Positions 17,508-26,050 of a DNA stretch of 64,000 nt are shown one piece after another. Location of the stretch: assembly GCA_963825325.1 (NCBI GenBank), contig CAWGSU010000006.1, forward strand, positions 66,155 to 130,154. Reading direction: 5' to 3'. The notes beneath the pieces are model-generated. The model saw nothing but the letters and a program-made list of their open reading frames with translations. It was not told the origin of the DNA and did not search any database. Numbering within the stretch: the stretch's first letter is position 1; every line of letters starts with the position of its first letter. The position numbers were made by a program, and so were the translations under genes. Source of the stretch: an uncultured Actinomycetes bacterium (GTDB lineage Bacteria; Actinomycetota; Thermoleophilia; Gaiellales; JAICJC01).

Positions 17508-17540
17508 GTGAATGGACGGGGTCTGACCCCGTGTATTCAC
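17508..17540 (-). repeat. 33-nt palindromic hairpin element (copy A) whose arm contains the recG stop codon
   Basis: The sequence is GTGAATGGACGGGGTCTGACCCCGTGTATTCAC. The TCA at 17537..17539 is the recG TGA. The architecture matches 31087..31119, and the 13-nt core GGGGTCTGACCCC recurs at 60300..60312. Confidence 0.65.
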
Positions 17541-19681
17541 GCCTGGGCGAGCCAGTCCACATCGGCGCCGAACGTGCGGCGGGTGGCGGCGGCGATCACC
17601 GCTGCGGTCGCGCCGGCCTGGGCGGGATCGGCGGCCAGCTGCGCCGCGGCATCCTCGCGCGCCTGCAGGGCCAGCTCGCGGTGGCGGGTCAGGCGGGCGT
17701 GGCGCAGGTCGGGGATCCCGCTCTGCTTGGCGGCGAGCACCGTGCCCTCGCCGCGCAGGTCGAGGTCAACCTCGGCCAGCTCGAACCCGTCCGACGTGCG
17801 CGCCATCGCGTCCAGCCGCGTGCGGGCCTCATCGGTGACGGGGTCGGCAAGGAGCACGCAGAAGCTCTCATGCGCCCCGCGCCCGACCCGGCCGCGCAGC
17901 TGGTGCAGCTGGGCGAGGCCGAAGAGGTCGGCGCCCTCGATCACCATCAGCGTGGCGTTGGGCACGTCCACGCCCACCTCGATCACCGTCGTCGCAACCA
18001 GCACCTGCACCTCGCCGCGGCGGAACGCGTCCATCGTCGCGCGCCGGTCGCCGATCGGCATCTGCCCGTGCAAGTGGGCGACCGCATGCCCTTGCAGCTC
18101 GCCCTCGCGCAGGCGAGCGGCCTCGGACTCGGCGGCGGCCGCCTCGCGGTCGTCCTCGCTCTCGGACACGAGTGGGCAGACGACGTAGGCCTGCCGGCCC
18201 TCGTCGAGCAGGCGGCGCATGCGCCCGAACACCTCGTCGCGGCGGTGGAGAGGCAGGACCCGGGTGACGACCGGCGTGCGCCCCGGCGGCATCTCGTCGA
18301 GCACCGAGACGTCGAGATCGCCGTAGACGGTGAGCGCGAGCGTGCGCGGGATCGGCGTCGCCGTCATGTGCAGAACGTGCGGCGACGTCTCTGACAACGA
18401 CTTGTCTTCGAGGGCGCGCCGCTGCTCGACGCCGAAGCGGTGCTGCTCGTCGACGACCGCCACCCGCAGCGTCCCGAACGCCACCTGGTCCTGGATCAGG
18501 GCGTGCGTGCCGACCACGACCAGCGGGCCGCCGCCCCCGACCTCGGCGACGGCAGCCCGGCGCTCGGCCGCGGGCGTGCCCTGCATGAGCGCGATCACGC
18601 GCACGCCGAGCGGCACGAGCAGCTCGGAGAGCCCGATCAGGTGCTGCGTCGCGAGCGTCTCGGTGGGCGCCATCAGCGCCCCCTGGCCGCCGCTCTCGAC
18701 GGCCCGCACCAGCGCGTGGGCGGCCACGGCCGTCTTGCCGGAGCCGACGTCGCCCTGCAGCAGCCGCCGCATCGGCCGGTCGCGGCCCAGGTCGGCGTCG
18801 ATGGCGGCGATCGCGCGGTCCTGGGCGCCGGTCAGGTCGAAGTGCAGGGCCGCGCGGTAGCGGGTGCACAGCTCGCCCGGCGGCGGCAGCGGCAGCGCGC
18901 GGGCGACCGCGTCGAACTGGGCGCGGCGCTCGAGCATGCCGAGCTGGAGCAGGAAGAGCTCGTCGTAGGCGAGCCGCGCCTTGCCCTGCCATGCCTGCTC
19001 CTGCGTCTCGGGGCGGTGCGCGGCGGTGAGCGCGTCGCGGCGCAGCGGCAGCGCGCGCAGCTGCTTGGTGCGATCGGGCACCGGGTCGACCTGATCGCCC
19101 GCATGGGCAAGCGCCTCGTCGGCGAGCGCGCGCAGCTGCCTGCTCGACACGCCCTCCGACGCCGGATACACGGGCACGAGCCCGGCCGTGTGCAGGCCGC
19201 CCGAGTCGTCGTCGGCGCGCTCGTAGGACTTGGCCACGATCTCGGCGGCGATCGTCGGGCGGCGCTCGCCGCGGATCGAGAGCCGCATCCCTGGGCGCAG
19301 CTGCTTGGCCAGGTAGCGCTGGTTGAACCAGATCACCACCCCGGGACCCGACTCGTCGCGCACCGCCGCCTCGACGATGACGAGGTTGCGCCGCCGCGTC
19401 GGCCGCACCCGGACGCGCTCGACCGTGCAGATCACGGTCGCCTCCTCTCCGGGCGCCATCTCGGCCAGCGTGCGCGCCGAGCGGTAGTCCTCGTGCCGGA
19501 ACGGCGTGTGCTCGAGCAGGTCGTCCACGGTCACGACGGGACGCGGGCGCAGCGCGCGCAGGGCCGTTGCAAGCGTCTTGCGGGTCGTCGCCGGCTCGCG
19601 CAGATGTGCCGGCGACGGCGCCGAGCGCGGCCGCGGGAAGCCCCCGGCGGGCGGCTCCGAGCCCGCGAACGCCCTGATCAA
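17537..19681 (-). CDS. recG: ATP-dependent DNA helicase RecG
   Basis: The wedge/OB domain and SF2 helicase motifs are present (LLQGDVGSGKTAVAAHAL, VVDEQHRFGV, LHMTATPIPRTL, QLHQLRGRVGRG). I chose TTG 19681, which overlaps the upstream stop (TTGA). The 138-aa Arg/Pro-rich ORF-track prefix overlaps the upstream gene and is rejected. Confidence 0.9.
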   Translation of the reverse strand: MIRAFAGSEPPAGGFPRPRSAPSPAHLREPATTRKTLATALRALRPRPVVTVDDLLEHTPFRHEDYRSARTLAEMAPGEEATVICTVERVRVRPTRRRNLVIVEAAVRDESGPGVVIWFNQRYLAKQLRPGMRLSIRGERRPTIAAEIVAKSYERADDDSGGLHTAGLVPVYPASEGVSSRQLRALADEALAHAGDQVDPVPDRTKQLRALPLRRDALTAAHRPETQEQAWQGKARLAYDELFLLQLGMLERRAQFDAVARALPLPPPGELCTRYRAALHFDLTGAQDRAIAAIDADLGRDRPMRRLLQGDVGSGKTAVAAHALVRAVESGGQGALMAPTETLATQHLIGLSELLVPLGVRVIALMQGTPAAERRAAVAEVGGGGPLVVVGTHALIQDQVAFGTLRVAVVDEQHRFGVEQRRALEDKSLSETSPHVLHMTATPIPRTLALTVYGDLDVSVLDEMPPGRTPVVTRVLPLHRRDEVFGRMRRLLDEGRQAYVVCPLVSESEDDREAAAAESEAARLREGELQGHAVAHLHGQMPIGDRRATMDAFRRGEVQVLVATTVIEVGVDVPNATLMVIEGADLFGLAQLHQLRGRVGRGAHESFCVLLADPVTDEARTRLDAMARTSDGFELAEVDLDLRGEGTVLAAKQSGIPDLRHARLTRHRELALQAREDAAAQLAADPAQAGATAAVIAAATRRTFGADVDWLAQA

Positions 19682-21507
19682 CGCTCCGCCAGCACCAGCA
19701 GGCCGAGCGTCCCCGGGCCACCGTGCGTGCCGACGACGGCGCCGAGCTCGCACACCCGCTCGATCTCGGCCCGCGGCCGCAGCCGTCGAACGGCCTCCGC
19801 CAGCCGCTCGACGCCCTCGGGATCGCCTGCGTGGGCGAGGGCGACGCGGGCGTCGGCGTCGGCGCGCGTGTGTGCGCACAGGAACCGGTCGAACTCGCGC
19901 AGCGCTCGTGTGCGGCCGCCGACGACGCGGCGGTAGAGGGCGATCTCGCCGTCGCGCAGCGTGAGCAGCGGACGCAGGCCGACCATGTTTCCCGCCAGCT
20001 CGCGCGTGCGGCTGATACGGCCGCCACGGCGCAGGTATTCGAGCGTGTCGACGTAGATCACCAGGCGCAGGCGCTCGCGCGCGTCCGCCACCCACTCGGT
20101 CACCTCGTCCACCGTCGTGCCCGCCTCGAGCAGGCGCTGGACACCGTCTGCCAGCATGCCCGTGCCGACGCTGACGGTGTGGCCGTCGAGCACCGTCACC
20201 CGGCCGCCGGCCTGGGGGTTGTCGGCCGCGATGCGCGCCGCCTGCACGCTGGCGGAGACGCGCGAGGAGACCGGCAGCACGATGATGTGGTCGTAGCCGG
20301 CCAGCTGCTCGAACATGCGCAGGTAGGCGCCCGGCGACGGCGCTGCGGTCTGCGGATGCGGGCCGCCGTTTCGGAGCCGCGCGTAGAACTGCGCCGGCTC
20401 GATCCCGATCCAGTCTTCGAACTGCTCCTCGCCGAAGCGCACGACCAGCGGCACCATGCGCCAGTTCGGGTGGATCTGCTCCGGATGCGGCAGGTCGGCG
20501 GTGGAGTCGAGCACGACCGCCGTGTTCTCGGCGGTCAGGCGGTCGGAGCCGGTGCGGCCACCGGCCAGGGCGACGAGCGCCGGCGCCGAGCGCAGCCGCT
20601 CCTCACGCTGACGGGTCTGCTCGTGCATGTTCGCGATCGCGACCCGGTCGATCGCTCCCATGGCCACGGCCTGCGTCAGGGCTGCGCCGGGGTCATCGGT
20701 GTGCAGGTGCACGCGGCACATCGGCGCCTCGCCGACGACGAGCAGGCAGTCGCCCATGGCCAGCAGCTGCGCCTCGAGCCGATCGCGGTCGATCGCGTCG
20801 CCCTCGAGCAGGAACGACGTGCAGTAGCGGTACTCGGACTCCTCCTGGTGCACAGCCTCGAGGCTCACCGGCCGCTCGATCGCCTCGAGCGGCGCATGGA
20901 TGTGCTCGCCGCGCGCGCCGGCGACCGCGCCGCGGCAGAACTCGACGAGCCCCGCCGCGCCGGCGTCGACCACGCCCGCCTCGCGCAGCACGGCGAGCAT
21001 CGCCTGGGTGCGCACCACGCTCTCGGCCGCCGCGGCGAGCACCGCGTCGATGACCGTCTGCAGCTCCCCGCCGGCCCGCGCCTCGGCCGCCTCGGCCATC
21101 TCCCGGATGACGGTCAGCATCGTGCCCTCGATCGGCACCTGCACCGGCCGGTAGGCCGCGTCGGAGGCCGAGCGCAGGGCGGGCGCGAGCGTGCGCGAGT
21201 CGAGCGTCCCGGCCGACCCGACCACGTCCACGAAGCCGCCGACGATCTGCGACAGGATCGCGCCGCTGTTGCCGCTCGCGCCCATCAGCACCGCGCGCTT
21301 GGCCGCGGCGGCGACCGCCACCATCCCGTCGGCGGGCACCGCCTCGAGCCCGGCGACCAGCTCGCGGGCGGTCTCGGCCAGGTTCGAGCCGGTGTCGCCG
21401 TCGGGCACCGGGTAGACGTTGAGGTCGTTCAGGTGGCCGCGGCTGGCCTCGACGGCCGCCGCCGCTCCGCGGGCCGCGGCGAGCGCGATCCGATGGGCAT
21501 CGCTCAT
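19678..21507 (-). CDS. DAK2 (DhaL/FakA-like) domain protein fused to a complete DegV (FakB-like) fatty-acid-binding domain
   Basis: Residues 1-300 carry NDLNVYPVPDGDTGSNL (DAK2) plus the YloV/FakA central module (YRYCTSFLLEG, GDCLLVVGE, RVHLHTDDPG, IANMHEQ). Residues from about 329 to 609 carry VVLDSTADLP, VPLVVRFGEEQFED, TAAPSPG, VSSRVSASVQAA and YVDTLEYLRRGGRIS (DegV). It occupies the conserved asp23-yloV-recG neighbourhood. Confidence 0.85.
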   Translation of the reverse strand: MSDAHRIALAAARGAAAAVEASRGHLNDLNVYPVPDGDTGSNLAETARELVAGLEAVPADGMVAVAAAAKRAVLMGASGNSGAILSQIVGGFVDVVGSAGTLDSRTLAPALRSASDAAYRPVQVPIEGTMLTVIREMAEAAEARAGGELQTVIDAVLAAAAESVVRTQAMLAVLREAGVVDAGAAGLVEFCRGAVAGARGEHIHAPLEAIERPVSLEAVHQEESEYRYCTSFLLEGDAIDRDRLEAQLLAMGDCLLVVGEAPMCRVHLHTDDPGAALTQAVAMGAIDRVAIANMHEQTRQREERLRSAPALVALAGGRTGSDRLTAENTAVVLDSTADLPHPEQIHPNWRMVPLVVRFGEEQFEDWIGIEPAQFYARLRNGGPHPQTAAPSPGAYLRMFEQLAGYDHIIVLPVSSRVSASVQAARIAADNPQAGGRVTVLDGHTVSVGTGMLADGVQRLLEAGTTVDEVTEWVADARERLRLVIYVDTLEYLRRGGRISRTRELAGNMVGLRPLLTLRDGEIALYRRVVGGRTRALREFDRFLCAHTRADADARVALAHAGDPEGVERLAEAVRRLRPRAEIERVCELGAVVGTHGGPGTLGLLVLAER

Positions 21508-21890
21508 GCGGTGCGCTTCACACCCTGGATGTGGATCTGCAACGAGGACACGTCGAGCTCGGTCAGCTTCTCGACCTGGTACTTCACGCGGGAGCGGAGG
21601 TTGGCAGCGACCTCGGCCAGGTTCAGGCCGAACTCAACCACAACGTAGAGGTCGATTGCGAGCCCGTCGGGCTCGCGGCGCACGCTCACCCCCTGCGTGA
21701 GCCGGTCGCGGCTGAGCAGACGGGCCACGCCACCGCGCAGGCTCGTCGCCGCCATCCCGACCACGCCGTAGCACTCCAGGACCGTCAGACCGACGATCTG
21801 GGCGATCACCTCATCGGCGAACGAGACGGAGCCGGACGTGCCCGCTCTGGACGCCGATCCCACGACGCTGACCGACGTGCGCACCATCAC
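21504..21890 (-). CDS. Asp23/Gls24 family envelope stress protein (YloU-like)
   Basis: The 128-aa product has [21 protein letters not shown]... and [26 protein letters not shown]. It has a 4-nt overlap with the DAK2 gene. Confidence 0.85.
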   Translation of the reverse strand: MMVRTSVSVVGSASRAGTSGSVSFADEVIAQIVGLTVLECYGVVGMAATSLRGGVARLLSRDRLTQGVSVRREPDGLAIDLYVVVEFGLNLAEVAANLRSRVKYQVEKLTELDVSSLQIHIQGVKRTA

Positions 21891-21946
21891 GAGATCAGAC
21901 GCTCGTTCGGGGCCTGCGGTTGCGGCCTTGCGGCGATTTCTTCATC

Positions 21947-21952
21947 TATACT
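21947..21952 (+). promoter_or_regulatory. Putative -10 (TATACT) 9 nt upstream of the rpmB ATG
   Basis: The sequence is CTATACT-CCGCCGCCG-ATG, with no Shine-Dalgarno. The flank resembles the one upstream of rpmF. Confidence 0.35.
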
Positions 21953-21961
21953 CCGCCGCCG

Positions 21962-22153
21962 ATGTCCAGAGTATGCGCCATCTGTGCGAAGAAGCCGGGG
22001 TTCGGCCATAACCGCAGCCATTCGATGGTTGCGACCAAGCGCCGCTTCAACCCCAACCTGCAGCAGATCCGGATCGTGCTCGACGGCTCCCCCACGCGAG
22101 CCTACGTCTGCACCCGCTGCCTGAAGGGCGGCAAGGTGCAGAAGGCCGTGTGA
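21962..22153 (+). CDS. rpmB: 50S ribosomal protein L28 (C+ form)
   Basis: The translation is [34 protein letters not shown]...[14 protein letters not shown]. It starts at ATG 21962 (Met15 of the ORF-track entry). Confidence 0.93.
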   Translation: MSRVCAICAKKPGFGHNRSHSMVATKRRFNPNLQQIRIVLDGSPTRAYVCTRCLKGGKVQKAV

Positions 22154-22755
22154 GCAGCGCACCGCTGCGGCGCGCCGACCTCGACCTCGATCCGTTGCGC
22201 CAGTTCGCGGCCTGGTACACCCAGGCCGGCGATGCGGTGCCGACGCCCGAGGCGGTGGTGCTGGCGACGGCGACGGCCGCCGGTGCGCCCTCGGCGCGGA
22301 TGGTGTTGCTGAAGGGCTTCGACCAGCGCGGGTTCGTCTTCTACACCAACTACTTCAGCCGCAAGGGCCAGGAGATCGCCCAGAACCCGCGCGCCGCGCT
22401 GCTCTTCCACTGGGTGCCGCTCGGCCGCCAGGTGCGGGTCGAGGGCGCCGTCCACAGGGTCGACGCCGCCGAGTCCGACGCGTACTTCAAGACCCGCCCC
22501 CAGGGCAGCCGGCTGAGCGCGGCCGTCTCGCCGCAGAGCCGCCCGGTCGAGAGTCGCGCGGTGCTCGAGGACGCCGTCACGGCGCTCGCGGCCCGGCATC
22601 CCGAGGGCGACGTGCCCCGGCCGCAGGAATGGGGCGGCCTGCGCCTCGTCGCCTCGCAGTACGAGTTCTGGCAGCACGGCGACGACCGCCTGCACGACCG
22701 CTTCCGCTACCGGCGGGACGGCGAGGCGTGGCGGCTCGATCGGCTGGGTCCGTAA
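22150..22755 (+). CDS. pdxH: Pyridoxamine 5'-phosphate oxidase
   Basis: The 201-aa product has [39 protein letters not shown]...[13 protein letters not shown]. The GTG start overlaps the rpmB stop. Confidence 0.92.
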   Translation: MSSAPLRRADLDLDPLRQFAAWYTQAGDAVPTPEAVVLATATAAGAPSARMVLLKGFDQRGFVFYTNYFSRKGQEIAQNPRAALLFHWVPLGRQVRVEGAVHRVDAAESDAYFKTRPQGSRLSAAVSPQSRPVESRAVLEDAVTALAARHPEGDVPRPQEWGGLRLVASQYEFWQHGDDRLHDRFRYRRDGEAWRLDRLGP

Positions 22756-22759
22756 AGGC

Positions 22760-22792
22760 GGGGACTGTCCCCGAGAACCGGGGACAGTCCCC
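22760..22792. terminator. Bidirectional hairpin between convergent pdxH and the SDR gene (hairpin family copy C)
   Basis: GGGGACTGTCCCCG-AGAAC-CGGGGACAGTCCCC forms a 14-bp perfect stem. Each 13-mer is itself palindromic. It is followed by ATTCAC, whose TCA (22795..22797) is the stop of the minus-strand gene. Confidence 0.65.
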
Positions 22793-22794
22793 AT

Positions 22795-23625
22795 TCACGT
22801 TCGCTGGAGCACTTCGCGCACGCCCGGCAGCGGGCCGCCGAGCAGCGCCGCGGCCCGCCCGCAGTCCAGGCGGCAGTCGCGCGGTCGCTCCGGGGCGATC
22901 TCGGCGCTCGTCGTGGTTCGCAGATGCGTGCTTCGGCGGCCGTTGGCCTCGGCGACCAGACAGGCGAACTCGTGGCGGCTGACGCCGTCCGCGCCGGCGA
23001 CGTGCAGGGGGCCTGCGGCGGGCATCCGCGCCAGCGCGAGCAACGCGGCGGCCAGGTCGCCGGCGCGTACGGGACAGCGCAGCTCGTCGGTGAAGAAGGC
23101 CAGGTCGGCGCGGCCGTCGGCGACGTCAAGGATGCGCCGCTCGTGGCCCGAGAGCGTTTCGCCGGCGTAGATCAGCGACGTGCGCACCAGAACAGCACCG
23201 GGATCCGCATCTGCGACGGCCCGCTCTGCGGCGGCCTTCGCGCGGCCGTACTCGAGCACCGGCTCTGCGGGGTCATCCTCGCGATACGGCCGCCCCGCGC
23301 CCCCGTCGAAGACCAGATCGGTCGAGACGTGCACGAGCCGTGCACCGACCACGACGGCGGCCGCCGCTACGTGGGCCGACCCGTCGACGTTCGTCGCCCA
23401 CGCGTCCGGGCCGTCCTGCAGATAGGCGGTGTGGACGACGCAGTCCGGCCGCAGCTCGGCGACGAGCGCGTCAACGGCGGCTCGATCGCGCACGTCCAGC
23501 GGCACCGGCCCCGCCGTGGAGAAGCAGGTTCCGACCGCGTCCCAGCCAGCACCGGCCGCCTGGCGCACGACCTCCGCCCCCAGGTAGCCCGAGCCGCCGG
23601 TGACGAGCAGCCGCGGCGGGCTCAC
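22795..23625 (-). CDS. NAD(P)-dependent SDR, dTDP-4-dehydrorhamnose reductase (RmlD)-like
   Basis: The 276-aa product starts at GTG 23625. It has a Rossmann motif (LLVTGGSGYLG), a catalytic YGRAK motif and an RmlD-like C-terminal half. The start overlaps the ribH stop (GTGA). Confidence 0.8.
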   Translation of the reverse strand: MSPPRLLVTGGSGYLGAEVVRQAAGAGWDAVGTCFSTAGPVPLDVRDRAAVDALVAELRPDCVVHTAYLQDGPDAWATNVDGSAHVAAAAVVVGARLVHVSTDLVFDGGAGRPYREDDPAEPVLEYGRAKAAAERAVADADPGAVLVRTSLIYAGETLSGHERRILDVADGRADLAFFTDELRCPVRAGDLAAALLALARMPAAGPLHVAGADGVSRHEFACLVAEANGRRSTHLRTTTSAEIAPERPRDCRLDCGRAAALLGGPLPGVREVLQRT

Positions 23626-24140
23626 ATACGGCGGCCGCGCGGCAGCGCGCGCATGAGCTGCGCCATCTCGACGGCGGCATCGGCCGCCTCCGCGCCCTTG
23701 TTGCCGTACTGGCCGCCCGCGCGCTCGGCCGCCTGTTCGATCGTGTCCGTCGTGAGCAGGCCGAAGCTGACCGGAAGGCCGGTGTCGAGCGACGCCTGGA
23801 TCACGCCGCGCGAGGCCTCGCTGCACACGTATTCGAAATGCGGCGTGCCGCCGCGGACGACGCATCCGAGGGCGACGACGGCCTGGTGGCCGCCCGCCTC
23901 GGCGAGCCGCCGGCACGCGAGCGGCAGCTCCCACGCGCCCGGGACGAGCACGACCGTGATCTGGTCACGCGCGATGCCGTGCTCGACCAGCCGCTCGACC
24001 GCGCCGTCGAGCAGCTTCTGGACGACGCCCGCGTTGTAGCGCGAGGCGACCACCGCGACGGCCATCTCGGCCATCGGCGGCGCCGTGATCCCGTGACATC
24101 CCTCGGGCACCGTGAGCACGCCCGCGCCCTGGTCGCTCAA
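23622..24140 (-). CDS. ribH: 6,7-dimethyl-8-ribityllumazine synthase
   Basis: The motifs AVAVVASRYNAGVV...VLVPGAWELP...VVALGCVVRGGTPHFEYV...GLLTTDT are present. I chose TTG 24140 (TTGA overlap with ribBA). GTG 24119 and ATG 24074 are alternatives. Confidence 0.9.
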   Translation of the reverse strand: MSDQGAGVLTVPEGCHGITAPPMAEMAVAVVASRYNAGVVQKLLDGAVERLVEHGIARDQITVVLVPGAWELPLACRRLAEAGGHQAVVALGCVVRGGTPHFEYVCSEASRGVIQASLDTGLPVSFGLLTTDTIEQAAERAGGQYGNKGAEAADAAVEMAQLMRALPRGRRM

Positions 24141-25429
24141 TGCGGGTGCTCCGTGGAGTCGTCCTCGGGCAGCCGCAGGCCCTGATGGTGCAGGATGTGG
24201 CCCATCCGCTGCCGCTTCGTGCGCAGGTACTCGGCGTTGAACGTGTTCGGCTCCGCCTCGATCGGCAGGTGCTGGGTCACGGTGAGGCCGTAGCCGTCGA
24301 GGCCCTCGAGCTTGCGCGGGTTGTTCGTGAGGACGCGGATCGACGTCAGGCCGAGGTCGGCGAGGATCTGGTAGCCGACGCTGTAGTCGCGCGAGTCGAC
24401 CGGGAATCCGAGGTGGATGTTCGCGTCGACCGTGTCGTAGCCGTGCTCCTGCAGCTCGTAGGCGCGCAGCTTGTTCAGCAGGCCGATGCCGCGGCCCTCC
24501 TGGGCGAGATACAGCAGCACCCCGCAACCTTCCTGCGCGATCTGGGAGAGCGCCCGCTCGAGCTGCTCGCCGCAGTCGCACCGGAACGAGCCGAAAACGT
24601 CGCCCGTGAGGCACTCGGAGTGCACCCGGACGAGCACGTCGGACTTGCCGGCCACCTCGCCGCACACGAGCGCGACGTGCTGCTGGCCGTCGGTCACCGA
24701 GCGGTAGCCGTAGGCGGCGAACGGGCCGTACTTGGTCGGCATGTCGGCGATGGCGATGCGCTCGACGAGCCGCTCCGTCCGGCGCCTGTAGGCGACCAGG
24801 TCGGAGACGGTGATCATCTTCAGGCCGTGACGGATGCAGTAGGCGGCCAGGTCGGGCACCCGCGCCATGGTGCCGTCGTCGTTCATGATCTCGCAGATCA
24901 TGCCGGCAGGCGTGAGGCCGGCCAGGCGGGCGAGATCGACGGACGCCTCAGTCTGCCCCATCCGCTCGAGCACGCCGTAGCCGCGCGCCCGCAGCGGGAA
25001 CACGTGCCCCGGCTGGACGAGGTCGCCGGCCTTGGTGGCGGGGTCGATGGCGACCTGGATCGTGTGGGCGCGATCGGCGGCCGAGATGCCGGTCGACACG
25101 CCGGTGCGCGCCTCGACCGACACCGTAAAGGCGGTGCCGAGCGGCGTCTCGTTGTGGCTCGTCATCGGGTACAGGCCGAGCTCGTCGCAGCGGCCCTCCT
25201 CGAGCGCCAGGCAGATCAGGCCGCGGGCGTGCGTGGCCATGAAGTTGACCGCGTCGGGCGTGACGTGCTCGGCGGCCATGCACAGGTCGCCCTCGTTCTC
25301 ACGGTCGGGCGAGTCGACGACCACGACCATGCGCCCCGCCTTGATCTCGGCGATCGCCTCCTCGACGGTTGCGAACGTCGAGGCGTCGATGCCGGGATAT
25401 GCCTCCAGATATTCGGCGCGGATCGTCAT
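24137..25429 (-). CDS. ribBA: Bifunctional 3,4-dihydroxy-2-butanone-4-phosphate synthase / GTP cyclohydrolase II
   Basis: The 430-aa product has DRENEGDL and HTI in the DHBP synthase half, and VRVHSECLTGDVFGSFRCDCG...GRGIGLLNKLRAY in the GCH II half. Confidence 0.96.
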   Translation of the reverse strand: MTIRAEYLEAYPGIDASTFATVEEAIAEIKAGRMVVVVDSPDRENEGDLCMAAEHVTPDAVNFMATHARGLICLALEEGRCDELGLYPMTSHNETPLGTAFTVSVEARTGVSTGISAADRAHTIQVAIDPATKAGDLVQPGHVFPLRARGYGVLERMGQTEASVDLARLAGLTPAGMICEIMNDDGTMARVPDLAAYCIRHGLKMITVSDLVAYRRRTERLVERIAIADMPTKYGPFAAYGYRSVTDGQQHVALVCGEVAGKSDVLVRVHSECLTGDVFGSFRCDCGEQLERALSQIAQEGCGVLLYLAQEGRGIGLLNKLRAYELQEHGYDTVDANIHLGFPVDSRDYSVGYQILADLGLTSIRVLTNNPRKLEGLDGYGLTVTQHLPIEAEPNTFNAEYLRTKRQRMGHILHHQGLRLPEDDSTEHPH

Positions 25430-26046
25430 GACGGCTGGTTCGATGGTATCAGCGCGGCCGCGCCGACCAGCTTCTCGATGTACTTGCCGACCAGGTCGGC
25501 CTCGAGGTTGACGCGCGCGCCCGGTGCGAGCTGACCGAGCGTCGTCGCTGCGCGGGTGTACGGGATGAGCGCGACCGCGAAGGTCTCATCGTCGCAGGCG
25601 GTGACGGTGAGGCTGACGCCCGACACGCACACCGACCCCTTCTCGATCATGTAGCGCAGCACCGCCGCTGGCGCGTCGAAGGTGATCCGCACGCCATCGC
25701 CGTCGGGCTCGACCGCGGCGACCGTGCCGACGCCGTCGACGTGACCCTGCACGATGTGGCCGCCGAGCCGGTCGCTCATGCGCATCGCGGGCTCCACGTT
25801 CACGCGGTCGCCCGCCGCGCGGTCGCCGAGCGTCGTTCGCCGCAGCGTCTCGGCGACGGCCTCGAACGCCATCACGCCGCCGGCGTCGATCGCAACGGCC
25901 GTGAGGCAGCAGCCGTCCAGCGACACCGAGTCGCCCACCCGGCACCCGGCGGCGGTCTCGGCCGCCGAAACCTGCAGCGCAGCGCCCGCGGCCGTCGCCG
26001 CGATCGCCTCGATCGTTCCGATCTCGCTGACGATGCCGGTGAAGAT
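25426..26046 (-). CDS. ribE: Riboflavin synthase alpha chain, apparently initiating at a non-canonical ATC
   Basis: Homology begins at (I)FTGIVSEIGTIEAI... at 26046, 4 nt after the ribD stop. There is an in-frame TGA at 26071..26073 and no ATG/GTG/TTG between it and the FTGIV motif. The ORF-track start (GTG 25938, GDSVSLDGCCLT) would delete about 36 conserved N-terminal residues. Confidence 0.8.
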   Translation of the reverse strand: MFTGIVSEIGTIEAIAATAAGAALQVSAAETAAGCRVGDSVSLDGCCLTAVAIDAGGVMAFEAVAETLRRTTLGDRAAGDRVNVEPAMRMSDRLGGHIVQGHVDGVGTVAAVEPDGDGVRITFDAPAAVLRYMIEKGSVCVSGVSLTVTACDDETFAVALIPYTRAATTLGQLAPGARVNLEADLVGKYIEKLVGAAALIPSNQPS

Positions 26047-26050
26047 CTGC

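Noticed and set aside
19682-20095. The 138-residue N-terminal extension of recG suggested by the longest ORF (852 aa).
   Set aside because: The extension is Arg/Pro-rich noise that fully overlaps the 3' end of the DAK2-DegV gene. A TTG in a TTGA overlap with that gene's stop gives a normal-length (714-aa) RecG.
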